Positions 1 to 9,167 of a stretch of DNA of 64,000 nucleotides are shown here, one piece after another (position 1 is the first letter of the stretch; every line of letters begins with the position of its first letter). Below the pieces are notes generated by a model that worked only from the letters and a program-made list of their open reading frames with translations, made no database searches and was not told where the DNA came from. Position numbers and translations under genes: made by a program. The stretch covers positions 377,954 to 441,953 of the forward strand of contig JAGWJP010000001.1 in NCBI GenBank assembly GCA_028865725.1. The letters are read 5' to 3'. The stretch is from Patescibacteria group bacterium. Lineage in GTDB: Bacteria > Patescibacteriota > Minisyncoccia > UBA6257 > JACRHW01.

Positions 1-43
1 TTATTATCCTAACATACTCTCATACACTAAAACACTATTATTT

Positions 44-325
44 ATGGCACATACCAAATCGGGCGGTTCTACTAAACTAGGAAGAGATTCCGCCTCAAAA
101 CGTCTCGGGGTGAAAATTTTTGATGGACAGTCCGCAGGTCCGGGTAATATTTTAGTGCGGCAGCGTGGTACAAAATGGCATCCTGGCACCAATGTTCGGC
201 GTGGGAGCGATGATACTCTCTATGCTACCGTCGCTGGAGTTGTCAGATTTACGCGCAGACAAAAAACAAATTTTGACGGATCCCATAAAAAAGTATCTGT
301 AGTGAGTGTCATCCCGCATAATTGA
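44..325 (+). CDS. rpmA: 50S ribosomal protein L27
   Basis: N-terminus [24 protein letters not shown] matches the L27 signature (AHKKGGGS..NGRDS). Confidence 0.9.
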   Translation: MAHTKSGGSTKLGRDSASKRLGVKIFDGQSAGPGNILVRQRGTKWHPGTNVRRGSDDTLYATVAGVVRFTRRQKTNFDGSHKKVSVVSVIPHN

Positions 326-327
326 AT

Positions 328-768
328 CTATTTTTTTTCGATATGGAGATGAAGTAGGGCACGTACTCCTTCATGCAAAGAAACAGGAACTTCCATGTCT
401 CCTGTTTTTTTAATAGGTTTATCTAACAGAATTGCATTGCGAGGAAGAGTGATGCCTTCTTTCAAAAGCGCGTCTTCAATCATTTGTTTCGTGATGGATC
501 CAAACGTAGTATTTTTCGATATTTTAAGAGTAAATCGAAGCGTGATATCGTTAACGCATGTAGCGAGTATTTGTGCGTTTTCTCGTTCTTTTTCTGCCCG
601 GGAAGCATCGGCTTGTTTGGTTTGCGCAAGAAAAGCAAGCGCTTCTTGTGTAGCAAGTTTTGCAAGTCCTCTTGGAAGAAGATAATTTTTTACGTATCCC
701 TCTTTGCATTCTTTTACTTCTCCTTTTTTACCGACTGCGCGTACGTCGTGTAACAGAATTACTTTCAT
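328..768 (-). CDS. rplI: 50S ribosomal protein L9
   Basis: MKVILLHDVRAVGKKGEVKECKEGYVKNYLLPRGLA is the typical L9 N-terminal domain. Confidence 0.85.
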   Translation of the reverse strand: MKVILLHDVRAVGKKGEVKECKEGYVKNYLLPRGLAKLATQEALAFLAQTKQADASRAEKERENAQILATCVNDITLRFTLKISKNTTFGSITKQMIEDALLKEGITLPRNAILLDKPIKKTGDMEVPVSLHEGVRALLHLHIEKK

Positions 769-1301
769 AAGCCTGATTTTTGAGCCGTCTCTGCTGGGGG
801 CATATCGTGATGCTCGAATATTAAGTTTTTAATGGCATTTGGATTGGGAATAGAATAGAGTACAAATTGTTCCTCCTCACCGGCAGTTTGTACTTCAAGG
901 TCTCCGAAGTTCAGAAGAGACGGAACAAGTCCCATAACCGCGATATGGATATCTTGAATTTTTTCCAAGCGCATTTCCGAAATATCACGGGCAAAAAGTC
1001 CAAGCTGTTCTACTTTCACGAGGCGACGATTCGTAATGAGAATGTAATCAAGATAATAATTAATTGTCCATATGACTGCTGTTATATTCCATATGCAAAG
1101 TACCCATGCTGCGTAGAGAAAAGATGCGGTGTGTGGTGTGATCAGCAAGGGCCGTGTAGTCAATGTTTTTTGGGGAAGTATCGCTATCACAATGAGAGGG
1201 AGAATGATAAGTATAAGAAACAAAAAAATATCGAGAAGTACAATATACCAATGTCGACGCACTGTTTTAATAATTGTTTCGTCTTGATAGAGGTTAATCA
1301 T
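765..1301 (-). CDS. membrane protein with bacterial PH (bPH_2/YdbT-like) domain
   Basis: Two N-terminal TM helices followed by ITNRRLVKVEQLGLFARDISEM...FGDLEVQTAGEE, which is a bPH_2-like pattern. Confidence 0.45.
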   Translation of the reverse strand: MINLYQDETIIKTVRRHWYIVLLDIFLFLILIILPLIVIAILPQKTLTTRPLLITPHTASFLYAAWVLCIWNITAVIWTINYYLDYILITNRRLVKVEQLGLFARDISEMRLEKIQDIHIAVMGLVPSLLNFGDLEVQTAGEEEQFVLYSIPNPNAIKNLIFEHHDMPPAETAQKSGL

Positions 1302-1504
1302 GATGAAATATTAAAAAAAGTAATTAGAGTAATTAAGAATAATATCGCAGTGATGATGGTATACGTAAGTTGAACAACTTTTGCGCTGACAGTATTTGCG
1401 CTATAGTGTCCCCAATGATAGTTCAATATGAGGAGGATAATTCCTGTAATGAGTGCAAGAGCGCCAAATATAAGCCTCACTACTGCGTAAAGTGATGTAT
1501 TCAT
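1298..1504 (-). CDS. small hydrophobic membrane protein (hypothetical)
   Basis: 68 aa with two hydrophobic helices; 4-nt overlaps with both neighbours suggest a real coupled gene. Confidence 0.35.
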   Translation of the reverse strand: MNTSLYAVVRLIFGALALITGIILLILNYHWGHYSANTVSAKVVQLTYTIITAILFLITLITFFNISS

Positions 1505-2742
1505 TGTGTCGAGGTTAATTGTTGTTGTAATATCTCAATCGCTTTTTGAAGCTGCGGGTCGCGTCCATGCGCTACATCGTCTTCAGAAAGATTAACCGTA
1601 TAATCTGGGATAAGTCCCCCATTCGCAAGGGATGTGCCGTGTGGGGTAAGCCATTTTGCAACGGTAACCTTGATTGATGATCCATCGCTAAGATTTCTCA
1701 ATTCTTGTACGAGTCCTTTTCCAAACGTTTTTGTTCCTACCACCTTTGCGCCTCTATCATCACGCAACGCCCCTGTTACAATTTCTGATGCAGAAGCTGA
1801 TCCGCCGTTTACCAGGAGGACGATGGGTGTGTGTTGTAAAATAGCGTCTCCCCCCAGTGGAGCACGATGAATTTCCGTTTCGTTGTTTGCGTTTTCCTCT
1901 TTTACGATGATAGCACCCGGTGCCACAAAATGACTTGCGATATCAATGCCTACGTCAAGAAATCCGCCTGGGTTGTTGCGCATATCAAGAATATATCCTC
2001 GCGCACCTTGTCGCAGTGAATTCACAATAATTTGATTGATCTTTGATTCAGCAAGTGCATTAAAATTATATAATTTCACGTGCGCGATTCCTCCCGGAAG
2101 CATTTCGAGTTCCGCGGTCGGCAGTGTTATTTCTTCACGTTTCACCGAAATTTCTTTTGGTGTCCGCGTGCCTTTTTTGAGAATAGAGAAGATGACAGTG
2201 CTTCCCACTTTTCCTCGTATCATACTGATTGCAGCGTCGAGTGAGAGATCCTTTGTTACAATCGTATTATCTATTTTGAGGATTTTATCTCCCGATTCAA
2301 GTCCTGCATGCTCTGCCGGACTACCTTTGAGCGGCGCCACAATAGCAAGATATCCTTCTTGAAATCCAATTTCTGCCCCAATGCCTCCAAAGCTTCCCCC
2401 CACATCTTCTTGAAATGCTTGGTTTTCTTGCGGAGTAAAGAATTCCGTATAAGGATCTCCCAACGAATTCACCATTCCTTTTATTGCGCCATAAACCATA
2501 TCTTGATTATTGAGGTTGTTTTTTGAAAGATACAATGTTTTTACTGCATCCCATGTTTCCCAGAATATGCTGAAATTGACATTGGGTACATGCGATCCTT
2601 GTTCGATATTTGGCGGGATGCTCTCTGTAAAACTAAAAGAAGGAGCAGAGAGTCGACCCAAAACAAAACCGCCGATTCCTACTAAAAAGAATAGTCCAAT
2701 AACAATCAGAATTTTCAGAGTGTTACGTGTTGTGAGGTTCAC
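1501..2742 (-). CDS. ctpA: carboxyl-terminal processing peptidase, S41 family
   Basis: PDZ region GGIGAEIG...GSPAEHAGLESGDKILKID; catalytic region LLVNGGSASASEIVTGAL...TFGKGLVQ; N-terminal TM anchor. Confidence 0.85.
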   Translation of the reverse strand: MNLTTRNTLKILIVIGLFFLVGIGGFVLGRLSAPSFSFTESIPPNIEQGSHVPNVNFSIFWETWDAVKTLYLSKNNLNNQDMVYGAIKGMVNSLGDPYTEFFTPQENQAFQEDVGGSFGGIGAEIGFQEGYLAIVAPLKGSPAEHAGLESGDKILKIDNTIVTKDLSLDAAISMIRGKVGSTVIFSILKKGTRTPKEISVKREEITLPTAELEMLPGGIAHVKLYNFNALAESKINQIIVNSLRQGARGYILDMRNNPGGFLDVGIDIASHFVAPGAIIVKEENANNETEIHRAPLGGDAILQHTPIVLLVNGGSASASEIVTGALRDDRGAKVVGTKTFGKGLVQELRNLSDGSSIKVTVAKWLTPHGTSLANGGLIPDYTVNLSEDDVAHGRDPQLQKAIEILQQQLTSTQ

Positions 2743-2828
2743 GTTTTTTTGCGTATTTCTATTTACTTGTGTACGCTAACAATAGATACTAGATGCTATA
2801 AATAACTCTTTTAGTATCGGTTTTTTGC

Positions 2829-4751
2829 GTGATGGTGTCAACAAATAGCCCCATGTATACGATTAAGGCACTCGTGATAGAATCTTCTCTTCCGGATCCA
2901 ATTCTTATTTATTATGCAAAAGAGGATCTTTCCCGCGGAAGTTTGGTTGTGGTTCCTCTCCGCAACAAACTCGTCCCCGCATTTGTTATGGAGTCATCCC
3001 CTCTTCTCGATCGTAAATTATCGATTAAGCAAGCCGGATATTCCTTACAGCGGGTGACGCGCGTGATTACGTATGCCCCTATTATTTCGCCGCGTCAAAA
3101 AATTTTTTTTGAACGTCTTTCTTTTTATTATCATGTATCAATTCCCTCACTTTTAAAATTTCTACTTCCACCCATACAAAAAACATTCTTGCATTTTCCC
3201 ATAGTGCAACCTAAGACAGATCGTATTACACCACACGTTTTTTCTATTGTCTTTCGTTCTGTACATGATTCACCCTACATGATTGATGATGCTCTACTTC
3301 AACGCTTGTCTGAAGAAGGGGGGCAGCACTGCATTATCTTTCCCACCCATGCCATTCTTTCAGAAACACTGGCGCGTCTTGCTCCCTCTCAACACATTGT
3401 CGCGTATAAGAAAAGCATGAAAGCGAAAGAAGTTCGTGAACTTTGGATACGTATCTTGCAAGGAGAACCTGTTGTGGTATTAGGACTTCCTTCAGCGTTA
3501 TACCTTCCATGGCAATACCTGTGTTCAGTTCATGTGGCACATGCTTCACGTGAATTATACAATTCATCGTCCTTTCCTTTTATCGATGGCGTGCGCGCGG
3601 CCAGAGAAGCAGGTATGATATATAATGCGCGAGTAGTGCTTCTTGATGTACTCCCGCGTGTGGGATGGGGACTTTCTAATCATGAAGGATCGCGCTTTGC
3701 TTTACCCACAATCACACTGTTTACTGAACATTCCATCCCTTCTTGGCACATGCCGCAGGAGCGACCTTTGTGGCCTGACGTCATGCGTAATGCGATCATT
3801 CAAAAACGAGATTCTGCAAAAAAGATTTTAATTTTTGTCAATCGACGTGGCTATATCCCTCTTGTTGCGTGTGCATCGTGTGGTTATACTTATGCGTGTC
3901 CAAAATGTTCCGCAGGATTCACTCTTCACAAGGAGAAGGGCGCCTTACTCTTACGTTGCCATCGTTGTGGATATGAAGAGGTCTCCCCCCATGATGTCTG
4001 TCCGTTGTGCCACGGTTTTTTTACGCGTTGGTATGGGGCGGGAACTGCGCGCGTAATACAGGAGAGCCTGCAGTTGTTTCCCGGATATACTCATGTGCAA
4101 TTTGATAGTGATGTGGCACACACTAATCTTCAAGAAGAAAAATTATTAGATACGTTTTTATATGCAGAGCATGCCGTACTTGTGACGACGGAATTACTCT
4201 TCAAACATATTCTACCCGCGAGCGATCTGACTCTCGTTGTTGATGTGGATCGTATGATGAATATTCCAGATTTTTCTACGGAAGAACGCATGGTATATCG
4301 ACTTTCTGCGCTTGGTATGCGTTCTCGTTGCTGCATGATATCAACTCATAATCCTGACCGTGCGGTTTTTCGCGCACTTACCGATCCCTCGCAATTTTTT
4401 GAAGACGAACTTGCTAATCGGAAGCGGTACGAATTTCCCCCGTATTGTGAGATAGTACGCGTAACATATGCGCACAAAGATAAAAGACGTGTTCAAGAAT
4501 TACTCGTTCATATTGCGAACGATATGCGCAAGGTGCTTACTAAAATTCAAAAAGAACATGAATTTGAGATTATAGATCCGTTTCCTGCATATGTTGAGCG
4601 TATACACAATCGCTATCAATACCACCTTCTTGTGAAAATGAAAAAAAATATTTGTGAACGTACTGATGCGGATATTGCAGCGCGTAATACACTCCTCCGC
4701 ACGATACCACAAGGATGCACGATAATTATCGAACCCCCTTCTATTTTCTAA
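2829..4751 (+). CDS. priA: primosomal protein N' (PriA)-like, helicase motifs degenerate
   Basis: N-terminal 3'-DNA-binding-like segment; Cys-rich zinc region CASCGYTYACPKCSAGFTLH...LRCHRCGY...CPLCHG typical of PriA; but no GxxxxGK[ST] Walker A anywhere, and the DEEH box position reads VHVAHAS. Confidence 0.6.
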   Translation: MMVSTNSPMYTIKALVIESSLPDPILIYYAKEDLSRGSLVVVPLRNKLVPAFVMESSPLLDRKLSIKQAGYSLQRVTRVITYAPIISPRQKIFFERLSFYYHVSIPSLLKFLLPPIQKTFLHFPIVQPKTDRITPHVFSIVFRSVHDSPYMIDDALLQRLSEEGGQHCIIFPTHAILSETLARLAPSQHIVAYKKSMKAKEVRELWIRILQGEPVVVLGLPSALYLPWQYLCSVHVAHASRELYNSSSFPFIDGVRAAREAGMIYNARVVLLDVLPRVGWGLSNHEGSRFALPTITLFTEHSIPSWHMPQERPLWPDVMRNAIIQKRDSAKKILIFVNRRGYIPLVACASCGYTYACPKCSAGFTLHKEKGALLLRCHRCGYEEVSPHDVCPLCHGFFTRWYGAGTARVIQESLQLFPGYTHVQFDSDVAHTNLQEEKLLDTFLYAEHAVLVTTELLFKHILPASDLTLVVDVDRMMNIPDFSTEERMVYRLSALGMRSRCCMISTHNPDRAVFRALTDPSQFFEDELANRKRYEFPPYCEIVRVTYAHKDKRRVQELLVHIANDMRKVLTKIQKEHEFEIIDPFPAYVERIHNRYQYHLLVKMKKNICERTDADIAARNTLLRTIPQGCTIIIEPPSIF

Positions 4752-4811
4752 TATTTCGTGGTACAACAGATACATCGACTGTGATTACGTTCATCGTATG
4801 CGTGTTCATAT

Positions 4812-5300
4812 TTGTTAAGAAACGCTATTGCCATGTTCAAAATTCTTACTATCCACGACAAACAATCAGAGCTATTTTTGAGAAAGAAGACAAATTCTGT
4901 CTCAGATCCCAAAATGGTCACCCGTTCATTTATCAATGAAATGAAAAAAACAATGATCGGGGCAAATGGCATTGGGCTCGCGGCGAATCAAATCGGTAAT
5001 AATACGCGTATTTTTGTGGCGACTCATGCGGGTAAGTTTTATGTGTTTATCAACCCGATACTTCTAAAATCCTCAACGGAAGAAGACACAATGGAAGAAG
5101 GCTGCCTAAGTGTCCCGAATGTATATGGAGCAGTGACACGAGCCTCGAAAGTGGTAATTCAAGGAATCGATGTGCGTGGCAAATTGGTGAAGTTAAAAGC
5201 AGTCGGCCTCCTTGCGCGTATTTTTCAGCATGAACTTGACCATCTTAATGGAACGTTATTTATTGATAAAGCATCAGAAACCTATTCAGTAGAAGACTAA
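4812..5300 (+). CDS. def: peptide deformylase
   Basis: Motifs GIGLAANQIG, EGCLSVP and HELDHLNG. Confidence 0.9.
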   Translation: MLRNAIAMFKILTIHDKQSELFLRKKTNSVSDPKMVTRSFINEMKKTMIGANGIGLAANQIGNNTRIFVATHAGKFYVFINPILLKSSTEEDTMEEGCLSVPNVYGAVTRASKVVIQGIDVRGKLVKLKAVGLLARIFQHELDHLNGTLFIDKASETYSVED

Positions 5301-5306
5301 TCGACA

Positions 5307-6161
5307 TTGTGTATGCGTTATGTATTTTGGGGAACTCCTGAGTTTGCGGTTATTATCCTGCGCGGTCTTATAGACGGAGGGTATATTCCCTCCGCAGTTG
5401 TTACGAATCCAGATAAACCGGTAGGACGAAAACACATTATTACCCCCCCGCCGATAAAGCAGTATGTTGATGAATACTGTCTGCGTACAGGCGTAGTTAT
5501 TCCTATCTTGCAGTCCGAGAAAATACATGATATAGCCGAGCAATTGCGGGCGTTTATCCCTGATATATTTATCGTCGCCGCGTATGGAAAATTAATTCCA
5601 CCCTCTATCCTCGATATTCCCGCGAAAGGGAGTATTAACGTGCATCCGTCACTTCTCCCTCGTTATCGTGGTCCCACGCCCATTCAAACCTCCCTGCTCA
5701 ATGGTGATAAAAAATCTGGCGTTTCTGTAATGCTTCTTGACAAGCAAATGGATCATGGACCAATCCTTATGCAACGCGAAGCACCAATCGAGAAACAAAA
5801 TTACCTTGAATTATCAAAAGAGTTCGCAGAAATGGGTGCGCAGCTTCTTCTAGAAGCTATTCCAAAATGGATAGAGGGAAAGATTCAACCTATCTCGCAA
5901 AATGATAATGAAGCAACATTTACACGAATTTATACAAGAGAAGATAGTTTCCTTGACCTCACAAGTTCAATAGAAATGCTAGACCGTCAGATTCGCGCCT
6001 TAAATCCAGAGCCAGGTACTTATGTAATAAAGAATGGGAAACGTATTAAAATATTAAAAGCCCATATTGCTCATGATGTGCTTGTTCTCGACACCATCCA
6101 GCATGAGGGAAAGAAAGCAATGATCTGCGGAAAATCACTCGAAACTTTCCTTTCTCAATAG
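5307..6161 (+). CDS. fmt: methionyl-tRNA formyltransferase
   Basis: N-terminal VFWGTPEFA, HPSLLPRYRGPTPIQ, and a C-terminal domain; lies downstream of def. Confidence 0.9.
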   Translation: MCMRYVFWGTPEFAVIILRGLIDGGYIPSAVVTNPDKPVGRKHIITPPPIKQYVDEYCLRTGVVIPILQSEKIHDIAEQLRAFIPDIFIVAAYGKLIPPSILDIPAKGSINVHPSLLPRYRGPTPIQTSLLNGDKKSGVSVMLLDKQMDHGPILMQREAPIEKQNYLELSKEFAEMGAQLLLEAIPKWIEGKIQPISQNDNEATFTRIYTREDSFLDLTSSIEMLDRQIRALNPEPGTYVIKNGKRIKILKAHIAHDVLVLDTIQHEGKKAMICGKSLETFLSQ

Positions 6162-6163
6162 AA

Positions 6164-7180
6164 TTATGAGCGTGGCACTCCTTTGCATGCGCCAAAAAGG
6201 GTGATGCTGTCCCACGGTTTCCAGTTTGCGCCATTGCCAGACATTTCTGCAAATTTTTTAAGATTTGTAACCGGATCTTTTGCAGCTTGCACGCACTGTT
6301 CATACAACGCCTTGTCTTTAATGGTGCATGCATCCCGTTTTCCGAGCGGGGTAGAGGCTCCCTTACCTACGTAGTTATCAAACGCGGCGGGGCAGTTTAA
6401 GCCTCCAATAGAGTTTGCAGCAATGTTAATTTGTCCCAGTCCGAATACGGTGGATTGTGGTGTCGTATATCCATATTTACTTGGGTTATTATAGCCCCCG
6501 CAATAGGCAGTTGAAAGATATTGATCATTAGGATTAGGTGGAGAGATGTTGGGGTTGCCTCCGCTTTCTGCATTGCACACACACGCAGCAAGTTCTACAT
6601 TGTGTGTAAAAAATTGCTTGAGATAGTCTACCGAACAGAATCCTGTCGAAGAAGGTTTATATGTTTGTTGCGAAGATGCTGAAGAAGGCACCCATACCGC
6701 ACTTTCTCGTGTACTAAGCCCAATACTTTGTACGTTTTGATTAAGACCGATATTAAGTGGTTGGCTCGCGGTGCATGAAAATTTGTACCACGTGCCTTCG
6801 ATGTTGCTGCCCCCCGCGAGAAATCGTACCACGGTATTTACAATCACAAACGAACAGTAGATTATTACGAGCCACTTCAATGTCGACCAAATCATAGTGC
6901 GTGCCTCGTTAATTTTCCCCGTGTTTGAGCTGTAGACAATCATCAAGACTCCTGCGTAGGCAATGCGCAGAATAGCTACGACGGGGCTCCACGTGAGAAG
7001 AAAAAGATAGATATTATTAAGGAGCACCCCAAAATCGCATAGTCCGCAATTTCCCCCATTACACGGCACTAACCCTTGTGCAGACGCTAAAAATGGGAGA
7101 GTGATTAACAAAAGCGTACAGGAACATGCAAACAGAATTTTTCTAGCGAGATTTATAGACGGCAGCATAGTCATTAGCAT
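6164..7180 (-). CDS. secreted pilin-like (VirB2/TrbC-like two-TM) protein with Cys-rich C-terminal domain
   Basis: Signal peptide; conserved GLVPCNGGNCGLCD motif; two hydrophobic helices separated by a short loop; C-terminal domain with ...NAESGGNPN...GLGQIN...GNGANWKPW, weakly reminiscent of SLT lytic-transglycosylase motifs (ES / GLMQ / AYNAG); paralog of 7143..8183. Confidence 0.45.
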   Translation of the reverse strand: MLMTMLPSINLARKILFACSCTLLLITLPFLASAQGLVPCNGGNCGLCDFGVLLNNIYLFLLTWSPVVAILRIAYAGVLMIVYSSNTGKINEARTMIWSTLKWLVIIYCSFVIVNTVVRFLAGGSNIEGTWYKFSCTASQPLNIGLNQNVQSIGLSTRESAVWVPSSASSQQTYKPSSTGFCSVDYLKQFFTHNVELAACVCNAESGGNPNISPPNPNDQYLSTAYCGGYNNPSKYGYTTPQSTVFGLGQINIAANSIGGLNCPAAFDNYVGKGASTPLGKRDACTIKDKALYEQCVQAAKDPVTNLKKFAEMSGNGANWKPWDSITLFGACKGVPRS

Positions 7181-8183
7181 TCGAGCTGTATTTTACATTC
7201 GTATCCCAAAATTTATCTTTTGAATTTAATTTTCTGATAAGTGCTGGCTTTCCTGAGCCACTGTATCCATTTGGATCAACGAAGTAGATATCGTAACTTC
7301 CATCGCTTTGTGCTTTCATATCAAGTACCATGGTCCAATGTTCTCCGCTTCCTTCTCCTCTTGTGTGCGTTTGAAGAACCTCCCCCTTTGAAATATAAGT
7401 ATCTGCAAGATTTTTGAAAAATGAGTCTGGAGGATGAGCTCCTTTTGATACGGTGTCTGGTACAAGCCCTATGAACGTACCGCTATTATCCCCGAGTTTA
7501 TTCATATTTCTCGCACACGCAGTTGGTCCATAGGTTGGGTTGTTGGGATTATTTTGGTTATATGCAGACGGATTCATAAGATAATTGTTATACATTGTTT
7601 TTGCAAGCGGATTCAAATTGCTTACAATATCTGAAGGAAGACTGGTTGCTATTTTTCCTCCCGACGTAATTGTTCCTGTGGGATTGGAGGTTGGGGGGTT
7701 TAGTGCCGCACTTTCTGTTGTTCGTAGACCTACCATTAAGACGTTTTCATTGAGTCCTATTTGTGCCGCAGAACCTGTACAGGAGAAGGTAAGAAATCCA
7801 TTCGGACCGCCACGTTGTATTGCATCACCACCCACCGCCAGAAGTACCTGATCTACAATGAGCCAAGAACCAAACGCGATCGCGAGGCCAATAAGAGTCG
7901 TAATAATAAGTCCTCGAGATTTCTCTGCTTTTCCAGGATTCGCACTGTTGATAATCATTTGAACCCCGGCATACGTTAAAAGTCCAATGGCAAATAATGC
8001 AGCAATACCCAATAGCCACATATAAATATTGTGGATAAGGACCAGCACGTCGCAGAGAGAGCATTGAAGTACATCGCCTTGGCATGCGGAAGGAACGAGA
8101 CCTGCATCAGCCGCAAACACTGCGACAGGAAACAGAACAACTGATACAAGCGCGATCATAACTAATAAAAAACGAAATGGCAT
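7143..8183 (-). CDS. secreted pilin-like (VirB2/TrbC-like two-TM) protein with C-terminal putative papain-like hydrolase domain
   Basis: Signal peptide; GLVPSACQGDVLQCSLCD motif; two-TM hairpin; C-terminal Cys...His pattern (PTACARN ... GEHWTMVLD ... DPNGYSG), weakly NlpC/P60/CHAP-like; overlaps the downstream paralog by 38 nt. Confidence 0.45.
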   Translation of the reverse strand: MPFRFLLVMIALVSVVLFPVAVFAADAGLVPSACQGDVLQCSLCDVLVLIHNIYMWLLGIAALFAIGLLTYAGVQMIINSANPGKAEKSRGLIITTLIGLAIAFGSWLIVDQVLLAVGGDAIQRGGPNGFLTFSCTGSAAQIGLNENVLMVGLRTTESAALNPPTSNPTGTITSGGKIATSLPSDIVSNLNPLAKTMYNNYLMNPSAYNQNNPNNPTYGPTACARNMNKLGDNSGTFIGLVPDTVSKGAHPPDSFFKNLADTYISKGEVLQTHTRGEGSGEHWTMVLDMKAQSDGSYDIYFVDPNGYSGSGKPALIRKLNSKDKFWDTNVKYSSNANDYAAVYKSR

Positions 8184-8216
8184 GGTATATTTGGGTGGTT
8201 AACAATGCACAACTCT

Positions 8217-8570
8217 TTATGCAGCGGGTGGAGTAAGATTGGGGGGCAAGGGGGTAAATGAGTTTGAAGGAGGTGGAGTTGGGACGGAAGGCGCGGAAAC
8301 ACATGCTCCGGTGCGGCTCCCTAAAACTTCTAGTACTGCATAGACGAGACCTTGCGCGAACAAAATAACCGCAAGGCCTATCACGCTCCACTTAAGCGTT
8401 TCAGCACCCTTTTTCACACCTTGGCCGCCTTGCGAGGTGAGAAATTGAAACGCGCCTATAATGATATATACCACGACAAGTGCAATCCCGATATTTCGAA
8501 TAAATGCCGTGATATTCGCGATGATATCGCAAATTGTTTTTCCTGCGAGCGGATCGATAGCGTTAAACAT
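8217..8570 (-). CDS. small two-TM protein (pilin-like or holin-like), Pro-rich tail
   Basis: 117 aa; two TM helices separated by a short GGQGVKKG loop; C-terminal Pro-rich tail; no signal peptide or Cys motif. Confidence 0.4.
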   Translation of the reverse strand: MFNAIDPLAGKTICDIIANITAFIRNIGIALVVVYIIIGAFQFLTSQGGQGVKKGAETLKWSVIGLAVILFAQGLVYAVLEVLGSRTGACVSAPSVPTPPPSNSFTPLPPNLTPPAA

Positions 8571-8580
8571 ACTGTACAGA

Positions 8581-9093
8581 TTATTTCTTGTGTGAAAAAT
8601 TAGTAATTACTTTTATCTCACTGTTAGGAACAAAGTGTATGGCATCATCTTCGCCTTGTAATACTGTATTTTGGAAGTTTATTTCTTTCACCACGCCACT
8701 CACCCCTGCAAGAGTGACCGTGTCCCCCACTTCGTAAAATCCACTAAGAAGAAGCGAAAAACTGATTGCAAAGTTTTTAAGCGTCGATTGAAAACTAATT
8801 CCCGCAATAACTCCCACAACCCCCGCTCCCGTAAGAAGGGCGGTGATGTTGATGTGGAATTGAACGAGAATGACAATAATGGTTACAACCCATAGTACTA
8901 TTGTTGCGATACTGTCAATGAATCCAAGGATAGTGACAAGACGTTTTTTGTGAAGTAGTTGCGGAGTCGCGTGACGTACATGAAATAATACCCACGCAAG
9001 CGGACGTATGAGTTGTTTCGCTACATAAAATATCAACAGAATAATGCCGATGCGTACCGCGATATTATCAAAAATAGTGAGGTAGGATTCCAT
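8581..9093 (-). CDS. small-conductance mechanosensitive channel (MscS family)
   Basis: TALLTGAGVVGVIAGISFQSTLKNFAISFSLLLSGFYEVGDTVTL matches the MscS TM3/beta-domain signature. Confidence 0.7.
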   Translation of the reverse strand: MESYLTIFDNIAVRIGIILLIFYVAKQLIRPLAWVLFHVRHATPQLLHKKRLVTILGFIDSIATIVLWVVTIIVILVQFHINITALLTGAGVVGVIAGISFQSTLKNFAISFSLLLSGFYEVGDTVTLAGVSGVVKEINFQNTVLQGEDDAIHFVPNSEIKVITNFSHKK

Positions 9094-9167
9094 TGAGTGG
9101 AAGATTTAAAATGGTGTACTACTGTATGGGTGGTTGTTTCTAGTATACTATTTTTTGTAGTAAGTTT

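Noticed and set aside
4-192. 62-aa minus-strand ORF overlapping rpmA
   Set aside because: Antisense to a confidently identified ribosomal protein gene; no motif; typical spurious ORF.
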